From NCBI GenBank assembly GCA_036479435.1, contig JAZGFI010000288.1, forward strand, positions 3,669-67,668: a DNA stretch of 64,000 nucleotides. Reading direction: 5' to 3'. The notes under the pieces were generated by a model. That model ran no database searches, was not told the DNA's origin, and saw only the letters and a program-made list of their open reading frames with translations. A program made the position numbers and the translations under genes. Below, piece by piece: positions 30,411-39,475 of this stretch. Numbering within the stretch: the stretch's first letter is position 1; the number at the start of each line of letters is the position of its first letter. Source of the DNA: Planctomycetota bacterium. GTDB lineage: Bacteria > Planctomycetota > GCA-002687715 > DRQF01.

Positions 30411-33206
30411 ATGAATCGAAGCATCTTTGCGCTCCACCTCCGTTCCCATTTCTTGTTCACCGCGTTGGGCCTGACGCTTTTTGCGTCCGGCTTGTTGGCG
30501 CAACAGCCGCTGAACACCGAACTCCTTCAAAACGGCGGTTTCGAAACCGGTGACACTACGGGTTGGACCGCAGCGGGGGGCACGATTGGCGTGTTGCTCT
30601 ACGGCGATCCGAACACCCCCGATACCGGCGTCGCCGTGGCGATGGGCGGCGCGAGCTTTATTGCGCGCTGCTCGACGAACAGCAGCTCGGCGACTTTGAC
30701 CCAGTCTTTTGACTTGAACGGCAACGCCGTGGACGTCGATGCTGGCAACTTGGCATTGAAGCTCGCGGGATTTTTTGGCGGCAACGGCAGCGACAATGAT
30801 CGCGCGACCTTGACCGCGCGTTTTCTGGACGCATCTTCAGCGCTCATCGACACGCTTTTAATCGGCGACATCACCCGGACCAACCGCAATGCAGAGACGA
30901 CTCTGATGCGCCGTTCGGGCGACATCGTGGTACCGGCGGGGACTCGGACCCTGGAAGTAGAGATGCGCTATGCGCGTTTCTCGGGACTGGGCTTGGATTC
31001 CCTCGCGGATAACCTCAGCGCGGAACTGGTCCTCGCGGCGGCAGCGATTCCCGCGGCTATCGCCTTGAACCTCGAACTTTTAGACAACGCTGGTTTTGAA
31101 ACCGGGGCTATCATCAACCCCGCGCTCGAGTCGGCTTGGACCGTTCGGTCTGGAGCTTGGCAGTCCGCCAACTACGGCGATGCGGAACTCCCCACGGCGG
31201 CCATCGCGACCGCCATGGGCGGCGGGGCCAAGCTAGCGCTTTGCATCACGGATAGTTCCAATCCCTTCATGACCCAGACTTTTGATCTGCGCGGCAATGC
31301 CGCCGACATCGACGCCGGAAATATCTTTGTCGACCTTGAGGGCTATTTCGGAGGCTTCGTGGGGAACGCTGATACGGCGGAACTAAACGCGCTCTTCTTC
31401 GATGCGAGCGCTGCGGCTATTCCTAGCGCGGATCTTCGCATCGGACAGATCACCGCGACCAATCGCAACCAAGAGACCACGGTGATGCGCCGTTCGAGCG
31501 AAGGCCAGGTCCCGGTCGGTGCGCGGAGCATGGTGATTGAGCTGCGCTACCGGCGACTGTCTGGCTTGGGCGTCGAGGCCTTCGCGGATCGCCTCGCGGT
31601 GAAGCTGACCAATGCGCCCATACTTGCGCCTTTGGCCCTCGATACCCAACTCATCAACAATCCGGGGTTTGGGGCTATCGAACTCATCGACCCCGCGATT
31701 GAATCCAGCTGGACGGTAAGTAACGCGCTCTTCGCGGCGGTGGCCTACGGCGATGTGGATTTGCCTTCGGTGGACGTTTCGGCCGCCATCAACGGAGGGT
31801 CGAGGTTGCTGAGGTGCTCGACCGACTCCAGTGTGGCGCGCATCGGCCAAAGCCTCGATTTGCGCGGCAATGCTGTTGATGTCGACAACGCTGCGCTCTA
31901 CGTCGAGCTTGCGGGCCATTTTGGTGGCAGCGCGGCCGATCCCGATCGGGCCTCGATGCGGGTGATCTTTTTTGATGACACGGATACGGAAATCGTCGTG
32001 CCCTCGACTGATATTGGTGCCATCACCCGGACCAACCGGAACGACGAAACGACCGTGATGCGTCGCAGTGGAAACTTCGCAGTGCCAGTAGGCGCGCGCC
32101 GAATGCTCGTCGAGATCGAACTGAATCGCCTCGCCGGCCTCTCGCTGGACGCCTTGGTCGACAACGTGTTTGCCGCTTTGCGCCACGGGCCGCTTCCAGT
32201 GCCGGGAACCACCACTTTCACCGAGATCGTCGACCGCGGCGATTTCGAAGATGAGTTCATCATCAATCCGAACGAGGAAGTGAGTTGGACCGTGACCAAC
32301 GGGGGGTTCATTTCGGTTCCCTACGGTGATCCGAATCAGCCTTCGATGACGATTGGCAGCACGATCGGTGGCGGCTTGCGACTCGTGAGCGATCGGCTTG
32401 GGGGCTCAGTGGCGCGCATGGAACACCGCTATCCCGTGGCGTCAGATGCGACGAGTATCGATTTGGGACAGGCGGAGTTTTCGGCCGAGGCCTATCTTGG
32501 CGGGGAGGGCTCGCAACCTGATCACGCTAAGCTCGAAGTCCTCTACTTGGATGCGAGCGGCGCGACCCTTTTGACTGACACCATTGGGCCGGTTACCAAC
32601 ACCGACCGCGGCAACGTAACCGACATGCTCTTCAGAGAGGGTTGCTTCACAGTTCCTGCCGGCACCCGTGAGATCGTCCTGAAACTCGTCTTCACTCGGC
32701 TCTCTGGGCTTTCGAATGAAGCCCATGCCGACAATATCAGCGCCCGATTCGACATTGTTGACAATCCGGGGTCGAACGAAGACCTGCGATTCCTCACCAG
32801 CCTCGGGGGACCCCTCAACGGCGGCGCGGCGAACGACATCAAGTTTGCCCTGCCGGGCGACGTGCTCACGATGCAGATCGACTCGCCGGGCGGTACGCGT
32901 AACTTTCAACCCTTGGTGTTGGTGGGGCACTTGTTCACGACCGGCTCGCCGCCTCTTTCACCAGGTGGCTTCCCGACGGTTTGCGTCAACCCGACCACGG
33001 GATTTGTTTTCATTCTGCTGGATGGCGTGACGCCGCAGGGAGTCTTCGGACCCCCGGTCGTCTTCCCGGGCGGAACGATCGAGCAAGTTCTTATCCCCCT
33101 CGGAGGTGCCGGCCTCAGCGTCAACCTCCAGGCCTTCGCCCTGGATGGCAGCGCGGCTAACGGGTTCTTCGCGACGACGGATTGTCTGGAACTGCGTCTC
33201 CAGTAA
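30411..33206 (+). CDS. Secreted protein with four tandem ~190-aa jelly-roll (carbohydrate-binding-like) repeats and a C-terminal domain
   Basis: RBS gagg; signal peptide; repeats begin LLQNGGFETG / LLDNAGFETG / LINNPGFG / IVDRGDFE and end ADNL / ADRL / VDNV / ADNI, each with VPxGxR. Confidence 0.85.
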   Translation: MNRSIFALHLRSHFLFTALGLTLFASGLLAQQPLNTELLQNGGFETGDTTGWTAAGGTIGVLLYGDPNTPDTGVAVAMGGASFIARCSTNSSSATLTQSFDLNGNAVDVDAGNLALKLAGFFGGNGSDNDRATLTARFLDASSALIDTLLIGDITRTNRNAETTLMRRSGDIVVPAGTRTLEVEMRYARFSGLGLDSLADNLSAELVLAAAAIPAAIALNLELLDNAGFETGAIINPALESAWTVRSGAWQSANYGDAELPTAAIATAMGGGAKLALCITDSSNPFMTQTFDLRGNAADIDAGNIFVDLEGYFGGFVGNADTAELNALFFDASAAAIPSADLRIGQITATNRNQETTVMRRSSEGQVPVGARSMVIELRYRRLSGLGVEAFADRLAVKLTNAPILAPLALDTQLINNPGFGAIELIDPAIESSWTVSNALFAAVAYGDVDLPSVDVSAAINGGSRLLRCSTDSSVARIGQSLDLRGNAVDVDNAALYVELAGHFGGSAADPDRASMRVIFFDDTDTEIVVPSTDIGAITRTNRNDETTVMRRSGNFAVPVGARRMLVEIELNRLAGLSLDALVDNVFAALRHGPLPVPGTTTFTEIVDRGDFEDEFIINPNEEVSWTVTNGGFISVPYGDPNQPSMTIGSTIGGGLRLVSDRLGGSVARMEHRYPVASDATSIDLGQAEFSAEAYLGGEGSQPDHAKLEVLYLDASGATLLTDTIGPVTNTDRGNVTDMLFREGCFTVPAGTREIVLKLVFTRLSGLSNEAHADNISARFDIVDNPGSNEDLRFLTSLGGPLNGGAANDIKFALPGDVLTMQIDSPGGTRNFQPLVLVGHLFTTGSPPLSPGGFPTVCVNPTTGFVFILLDGVTPQGVFGPPVVFPGGTIEQVLIPLGGAGLSVNLQAFALDGSAANGFFATTDCLELRLQ

Positions 33207-33220
33207 GTGCCTTGCTTGAC

Positions 33221-33263
33221 GACACGGGCCCCAAGGTCTCTTCCTTGGTGCCCGTGTCTATTT
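33221..33263. terminator. Terminator between convergent genes
   Basis: gacacgggccccaagg / ccttggtgcccgtgtc (15/16 bp) followed by tattt. Confidence 0.7.
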
Positions 33264-33291
33264 CGCCGCAAAGGTGGGACGTCGAACGAAT

Positions 33292-34296
33292 CTACTCGTG
33301 TCGCCGCTCGCGCGTCATCAGCTGAGTGATGGCGCGCCGAGGGTCTTTTCGGCGGAACAAGACCGCATAGACTTGATCGGTGATGGGCATTTCGATGCCC
33401 ACCGAATGCGCCAACTTTCGGATGCTTTTGGTCGTGCCGACGCCTTCGGCGATTTTGACGGAAGTTCTTAGGATCTCGTCGAGGGTCTCACCGCGTCCGA
33501 TCCTTTCGCCAACGGCACGGTTGCGTCCGAAGGGCGAAAACGCCGTCGTGATGAGGTCACCCACGCCCGCCATTCCGTAGAAGGTTTTCTTCTTGGCGCC
33601 CAGCGCGCAGCCGAGGGTGGCGGTTTCGACGAGGCCTCGCGTGAGGAGAGCGGCCTTGGTGTTGTCGCCCAAGCCCAAGCCGTCGAGGATGCCGGCGGCG
33701 ATGGCGATAATGTTTTTCATCGCGCCGCCGAACTCGACGCCAAAGAGATCGTCATTGGCATACACCCGAAAGTTCGGCGTCGACAACTCGTCACGAAGGC
33801 GACGAGCCAAGGGTAGCGAACGCGCGGCGATGACCACCGTCGTCGCGAGGCCCCGAGCGACTTCTTCGGCGTGACTCGGTCCCGAAAGGACGGCGACTCC
33901 TCGACGTTGGCAAACCGAGCTGATGATTTGACTGGGGCGCTCGAGCGTGGCGAGCTCGATGCCCTTGGTCAACGAAATGATGGGGATGCGCGCCGGAACA
34001 AGTTCACACAACCCAGACCAAGTGCCGCGCACGTACTTGGTGGGGATGGCCGAAAAGACCATCGTTGCCTCTGCGAAGGTTTCTTCGGGATCCATGGTCG
34101 CACGCAGGGAGTCGGGAAAGTCGTAGCCTTCCAGAAACTTGTCGTTGCGCCGCCGGCGATTCATGACCGTGACTTCTTTGGCGTCGTGACCGAGCATGAC
34201 GACTTCGTGGCCTTTTGCGGCCATCAGCCCGCCCATCGCCGTACCCCAGCCGCCCGCACCAATGACGGCGATCTTTCCCTTGTTCTTAGGGCTCAA
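33292..34296 (-). CDS. gpsA: NAD(P)H-dependent glycerol-3-phosphate dehydrogenase
   Basis: IGAGGWGTA, TKGIE, SGPSHAEEV, GAMKNIIAIAAG, GDLITT, GRNR. TTG 34296 overlaps the plsY stop (TTGA). Confidence 0.95.
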   Translation of the reverse strand: MSPKNKGKIAVIGAGGWGTAMGGLMAAKGHEVVMLGHDAKEVTVMNRRRRNDKFLEGYDFPDSLRATMDPEETFAEATMVFSAIPTKYVRGTWSGLCELVPARIPIISLTKGIELATLERPSQIISSVCQRRGVAVLSGPSHAEEVARGLATTVVIAARSLPLARRLRDELSTPNFRVYANDDLFGVEFGGAMKNIIAIAAGILDGLGLGDNTKAALLTRGLVETATLGCALGAKKKTFYGMAGVGDLITTAFSPFGRNRAVGERIGRGETLDEILRTSVKIAEGVGTTKSIRKLAHSVGIEMPITDQVYAVLFRRKDPRRAITQLMTRERRHE

Positions 34297-34919
34297 GCTT
34301 TGTCTCCGATCTTCTTTTCTTTGCCACGGAAAACTCGAACGAGGTTCGCTCGGTGGGAAACTAGCACCACGACGGCTAACAGCACAAAATAAGCGATGAA
34401 CCAAGGCCGTCCCGGATCACCCCGGCTGATAAGCGTGTAGACGATCGACAAACTCATGGTGGCCAACACGCTCGAGAGCGAAACCCAACGGCAGCACAGG
34501 ATGCAGATTCCCCAAATCCCCAGGGCCGCCAGGCCCGTCATCAGGCTAATGGCTAAGACCACGCCCGATCCGGCGGCGATGCCCTTGCCGCCTCGGAATG
34601 AAAGCCAAAAAGGAAAAAGGTGCCCCAAGATAACGCCAAGGCCGACAACCAGCGCCAGGGGTAGCGTCTCCTCGGAATCAGCTTGCCACCAGATTTTGGC
34701 CGCCAGCGTCGGCAACAGACCTTTCAGCATGTCGGCGAGGTAGATCAAAAAAGCCCAACGGCGACCGAGCACCCGCCCCGCATTGGTCGCCCCCAAGTTG
34801 CCGCTACCGTGTTGCCTAAGGTCCTCACCCCGCAATACGCGTACGGCGAGATAGGACCAGGAAAAGGTCCCAATCAGATAGGCGATGGCGGCGGCGACGA
34901 GATAGGTCAAAAAGGGCAT
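34293..34919 (-). CDS. plsY: Glycerol-3-phosphate acyltransferase PlsY
   Basis: GSGNLGATNAGR, DMLKG, GHLFP..FRGGKGIA, HRANL. Confidence 0.95.
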   Translation of the reverse strand: MPFLTYLVAAAIAYLIGTFSWSYLAVRVLRGEDLRQHGSGNLGATNAGRVLGRRWAFLIYLADMLKGLLPTLAAKIWWQADSEETLPLALVVGLGVILGHLFPFWLSFRGGKGIAAGSGVVLAISLMTGLAALGIWGICILCCRWVSLSSVLATMSLSIVYTLISRGDPGRPWFIAYFVLLAVVVLVSHRANLVRVFRGKEKKIGDKA

Positions 34920-35016
34920 AGTCGTTGATAGCTCCGCGGGCGCGAAGCTTAAAGGGATCCTTGCGTGGTTCTCGCGATGAAAGACAATGGGATTCAGCCC
35001 TTGACGAGGAGGACCG

Positions 35017-35559
35017 GTGAGCGATCAGACCGAAGCCAATCTAGCCCCGACGGCCTCGCCCGAAGTGAAACCAGTCGTGGCTCCAGATCGTGGCCCTCGC
35101 CTTGTGACCGTTCTCCTCGTGCTGGTTGTGCTCAACGCCCTCGCCGTGTTCTTGGTGTGGAAGACGGAACCCCAAAGCCTTGAAGAAGATCATGTCACCG
35201 CCCAACTTTTTCTCGACGGTTTGGTTTTTGGCATCGCCGATGCCCCTGATCGCGTCGTGACCGGTTACTCGATCGCCTATGACCAACTGTCGGAGTCCGC
35301 TCGCGCAAAGTGGGACTACGCAGGATTCTCCGAGCATTTTGAGAACAAGGTCGCCGAATCGGGCTATTTGGTCTCCTGGGTTCCCCTCAGTGGGGAGCGA
35401 GGGAGCCTTGGGGCGCGTTACCTTGCTTACCGTCTTGACTTCGAGGGCCGAGACGACGAACCGCTTTCTTTTCACTGTGAGCTCAAGGTTATTCCTTTCG
35501 AGGGCCAACATCGCATTGACAGTTGGAAGTTGCGCGACCTGAAGGACGAGGAACGCTGA
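35017..35559 (+). CDS. Single-pass membrane hypothetical protein (NTF2-like fold possible)
   Basis: RBS gagga; GTG start; one TM; AYDQLSESAR motif; TGATG coupling to the next gene. Confidence 0.6.
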   Translation: MSDQTEANLAPTASPEVKPVVAPDRGPRLVTVLLVLVVLNALAVFLVWKTEPQSLEEDHVTAQLFLDGLVFGIADAPDRVVTGYSIAYDQLSESARAKWDYAGFSEHFENKVAESGYLVSWVPLSGERGSLGARYLAYRLDFEGRDDEPLSFHCELKVIPFEGQHRIDSWKLRDLKDEER

Positions 35560-37607
35560 TGGCAGTCGGGCCAGACTTCGGGGTTGATGCCGGCGGTACC
35601 TTCACCGATTTTGTGGGCGCGGATGGTCGCGGCCTCAAATTACCTTCCAACGCACTGGAGCCCGCGACCGTCTTAACCGAGGGGATTGCAGCCTTAGCTG
35701 ACGCAAGATTCTCCGGAGCGTCGCAGCTTGAGATCGTCCACGGCACGACGATCGCGACCAACGCGATCTTGACGGGGCAATTGGCAAGAGTCGGGCTGCT
35801 GATCACCGCGGGTTTTCGCGACCTTTTGCAGTTGGGAAGGCAAGCGCGGCCCGAACTCTACGATCTCAACCCTCAGCCCCCTTTCGCACCGCCTCCCCGG
35901 CGCCTTATCGAGGAAGTACCAGAACGTCTGGATGCGCAGGGTAAAGTCGTTCTGCCGCTCGACGAAGAGGCTCTTTTGCATTCCGCGACAAAGCTGAAAT
36001 CCCGTGGTGCCGAGGCCCTTGCGATCTGCTTTTTGCACTCTTGGCGCAACGCCAAGCACGAAAAGCGCGCTGGCGTCATCCTGAGTGGTCTCGGCTTGCC
36101 GGTGTCGATTTCTGCGGCCATCGCACCGGAATTTCGCGAGTTCGAGCGCTTTTCGACCGCCTACACCAACGCCTCCTTGATGCCCTTGCTTGGCCGCTAC
36201 GTCGCCGAACTCAAGAGTCGGCTGCCACCGCTTCAAAAGCAGCTCGGTCTGACCGCCGTCCCTCGAGTCTCGATTCTCGCGAGCGATGCCGGGCGCAGCA
36301 GTCTTGATGAAGCAGCTCAGCTGCCGGTGAAACTGGTGTTGTCGGGCCCCGCGGGCGGGGTGATCGGCGCTTGGCGCGGAGCGGCTACGAAAACGCGTCG
36401 AAAACTAATGACTTTGGATCTTGGCGGTACTTCTGCCGACGTCGCCTTGCTCGACGGCGGTGAGCCCATCGTGCACCGCTGTCTCATCGCCGGGCGGCCC
36501 CTGATGGTGCCCGTGGTGGATGTTCACACCGTCGGTGCCGGCGGTGGTTCGATCGCGCGCAAAGATCGCGGCGGAGCCCTTGCAGTGGGGCCGGCAAGCG
36601 CTGGCGCCGACCCGGGTCCTGCGGCCTACGGTCGCGGCGGCCCGGCAACCGTTACCGACGCCCATTTGGTATTGGGACGCATGCTCCCCGGTCACTTCCT
36701 CGGCGGCGACTTCGAACTCGATGTTGATGCGAGTTGGCGCAGTATTGAGCAACTATCCGTGAGCCTGAATCTTGAGCCCTTGGTTTGCGCGGAGGGGGTT
36801 TTGCAGGTCGCCGAAGTGACGATGGAGCGAGCCCTGCGCCGCATCTCTTTGGAACGTGGCCATGACCCGCGGCAATTCAGCCTCGTTGCTTTTGGTGGTG
36901 CCGGCGCTTTGCACGCCGCCGCTCTGGCACGGGGGTTGGGCATGACGGAAGTCGTCGTCCCGCGCGACGCGGGCATGCTTTCCGCCCGAGGTATGATGCA
37001 GGCTCGGGTGCGCCGAGAAAGCAGTCGTTCGATGCTGGGAAAGACCCTGTCATCCGTCGAGAAAAACCGCGATCGCTTAATCGCGCCACTCAGGCGGGAT
37101 CTCGATCGTGCGCTCGCGCACGAAGACGTCGCAAAGACTGACCGCGAGTACGAGGTCTTTGCCGACTTGAGATACCGCGGACAAAGCCACGAGATCACGG
37201 TGCCCTTTCGAGGCGTCGGGACCAAGAAGAAGTTTGCGGCCGCGCATCGGCAGCTTTTTGGATTCGACCAATCGGATATCTCTAGCTCTGAATCTGACTT
37301 CATCGAGTGTGTGGCCCTGCGACTTCGAGTAAGCGGACCTCAGCCGAAATCGCCGCGGTACCGCCGTCCTCCAACTCCCAAGGGCGACAAGGCCCTGCAG
37401 ACGACAATGTGCGTGTTTGATGGCAAGCGGCAGCGCACCTCGGTTTTCGATCGCCTTGCGCTGCGCTCCGGCAAAAACTACGCCGGGCCCGCCATTGTTG
37501 TCGAGTACTCCGCGACGACCGTCGTGCCTCCGGACTTCGATTTTCATCTAGAAGCTTCGCAAGCGCTGGTGCTGACGCGCCGGCCAAAAAAAAGGCGTCG
37601 GTCATGA
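35559..37607 (+). CDS. Hydantoinase/oxoprolinase subunit A
   Basis: GVDAGGTFTD, HGTTIATNA, LSGPAGG, DLGGTSAD, GAGGGS, SAGADPGP, DLRYRGQSHE. Confidence 0.93.
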   Translation: MAVGPDFGVDAGGTFTDFVGADGRGLKLPSNALEPATVLTEGIAALADARFSGASQLEIVHGTTIATNAILTGQLARVGLLITAGFRDLLQLGRQARPELYDLNPQPPFAPPPRRLIEEVPERLDAQGKVVLPLDEEALLHSATKLKSRGAEALAICFLHSWRNAKHEKRAGVILSGLGLPVSISAAIAPEFREFERFSTAYTNASLMPLLGRYVAELKSRLPPLQKQLGLTAVPRVSILASDAGRSSLDEAAQLPVKLVLSGPAGGVIGAWRGAATKTRRKLMTLDLGGTSADVALLDGGEPIVHRCLIAGRPLMVPVVDVHTVGAGGGSIARKDRGGALAVGPASAGADPGPAAYGRGGPATVTDAHLVLGRMLPGHFLGGDFELDVDASWRSIEQLSVSLNLEPLVCAEGVLQVAEVTMERALRRISLERGHDPRQFSLVAFGGAGALHAAALARGLGMTEVVVPRDAGMLSARGMMQARVRRESSRSMLGKTLSSVEKNRDRLIAPLRRDLDRALAHEDVAKTDREYEVFADLRYRGQSHEITVPFRGVGTKKKFAAAHRQLFGFDQSDISSSESDFIECVALRLRVSGPQPKSPRYRRPPTPKGDKALQTTMCVFDGKRQRTSVFDRLALRSGKNYAGPAIVVEYSATTVVPPDFDFHLEASQALVLTRRPKKRRRS

Positions 37608-39193
37608 AAACTTCTCGCCGCCAACAAGTGGTGGTCAACGCCATCGAGGTCGAGATCTTTCGCCAGCTGTTCGAGTCAATTGCGGACGAGATGGGGGTGG
37701 TGTTGCAACGCACCGCCTTCTCGCCCAACATCAAAGAGCGACTCGATTTTTCGTGCGCGCTTGCGGACGCCGAGGGCAGCATGCTGGCGCAGGCGGCTCA
37801 CATTCCGGTGCACCTCGGGTCCTGTCATCTCACGACGAAAGAGGTCTTTGCGGCTTGCACCTTGCAGCCCGGCGACGTCGTGGTCCTGAATGATCCATTT
37901 CGTGGCGGCACCCACCTCCCCGATATCACGATGGTGGCGCCGGTTTTCGCCCCCGACGGCAAGCGACTTTGCTTCGGCGTCGTGGCGCGCGCCCATCACG
38001 CCGATGTCGGTGGCGGCGTTCCGGGCTCTATGGGCAACTTCGACGAGATCTACAAAGAAGGCCTGATCATCCCTCCTGTGAAGCTCGTGGCGGCGGGCTC
38101 AAAAGTCGATGATGTCGAGGCCTTGGTGCTAGCTAACGTCAGGACACCCGATGAACGTCGCGGCGATTTGGCCGCACAGATCGCATCGGTTCAGCGGGGC
38201 GTCGAGCGCATAGAGGCGCTGATGTCGGACTATGGTATCGAGGTTCTTGCGGCCGCGGGGAAAGCCCTCATGGCCCGCTCGGCGCGTGCCCTCGGCGAAG
38301 TCTTGAAAGAGATTCCAGACGGTCTTTATCGCGCATCCGATCGCCTGGATGGCGAAGGAAGCGCCAAGATCGCGGTCCAGCTTGTGGTTAAGGGCTCTAA
38401 GCTGACTGTCGATTTCAAGGGCAGCTCACCCTCCGTCGCCGAGGCCCTCAACGCGCACGAGGCGATCACGCTTTCGTGTTTGTTTTACGCTCTCCGCTGC
38501 CTCGCGGATGAATCCATTCCGACGAATTCGGGGCTCTTGGCGCCGGTCCAGTTGCTGGTGCCGAAGGGGAGCATTGTGGGTGCGGTTCATCCGGCGGCGG
38601 TGGCAGGTGGCAACGTCGAGACCTCCCAACGCATCGTTGACGTCATCTTTCGCGCGCTCGCCGAGGCTTGTCCGGGCCTGATACCGGCCGACTCGCAGGG
38701 CACGATGAACAATCTCTCTTTTGGCGGCAAAGATCGGTCGGGCCGTGTTTTCACTTACTTTGAAACCATTGCGGGGGGGCTGGGCGCGGGCAAGCATCAC
38801 GACGGGGCGTCCGGTATGCACTCGCACATGACCAACACCCTCAATACTCCCATCGAGGCCCTCGAAGTCGCGTTGCCCTTGCGGGTTCGCGCCTATCACT
38901 TGCGCCGCAACAGCGGGGGATCTGGGCGGCATCCCGGTGGCGATGGGGTCGTCCGTGAGTTCGAGGCGCTCGACTCCTTGGAAGTTTCCTTGCTAACCAC
39001 GCGTCGCCTGAGTGCGCCGTCGGGGCGAGCTGGCGGCGGAGATGCGAAGCCGGGGTGTGATCATCTCATCGATGCCTCAGGCCGCCGTCGCAAGTTGAAT
39101 CCGAAATCTCAGTTCGTCATGAAGCCGGGGGAGACTCTGCGAATCGAGACTCCCGGCGGCGGTGGCTACGGCAAGCGAGTTTCGCGCGGGTGA
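37604..39193 (+). CDS. Hydantoinase B/oxoprolinase subunit
   Basis: [61 protein letters not shown]. Confidence 0.93.
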   Translation: MKTSRRQQVVVNAIEVEIFRQLFESIADEMGVVLQRTAFSPNIKERLDFSCALADAEGSMLAQAAHIPVHLGSCHLTTKEVFAACTLQPGDVVVLNDPFRGGTHLPDITMVAPVFAPDGKRLCFGVVARAHHADVGGGVPGSMGNFDEIYKEGLIIPPVKLVAAGSKVDDVEALVLANVRTPDERRGDLAAQIASVQRGVERIEALMSDYGIEVLAAAGKALMARSARALGEVLKEIPDGLYRASDRLDGEGSAKIAVQLVVKGSKLTVDFKGSSPSVAEALNAHEAITLSCLFYALRCLADESIPTNSGLLAPVQLLVPKGSIVGAVHPAAVAGGNVETSQRIVDVIFRALAEACPGLIPADSQGTMNNLSFGGKDRSGRVFTYFETIAGGLGAGKHHDGASGMHSHMTNTLNTPIEALEVALPLRVRAYHLRRNSGGSGRHPGGDGVVREFEALDSLEVSLLTTRRLSAPSGRAGGGDAKPGCDHLIDASGRRRKLNPKSQFVMKPGETLRIETPGGGGYGKRVSRG

Positions 39194-39475
39194 AACCCCG
39201 GTGAGGAGCCGCGACGGCGTCAGGTCGCCGGCTCTACCACCGAATGAAAATGATGTCGGAAAAAACTTCCGACCTAAGTCCTGTCTCAGAAAGAGTCGGG
39301 CTTTTTCAGCATATTTCAACTCCCGTCCGGCGGCCTTCCTGCGTCGATATATCCCTTTGCGAATGCCCCCCAGGCAAGAGGCGTGCAACGACATGCTCAG
39401 TGATGAGATTCCATTACTGAGTTCTGCCGCCGGTGCGAGGTCAATGTGATTTCGTAACGGCAGATTGGGGGCTAT

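Noticed and set aside
34297-34404. N-terminal extension of GpsA
   Set aside because: Lies inside plsY in another frame; the TTG at 34296 gives a normal TTGA coupling.
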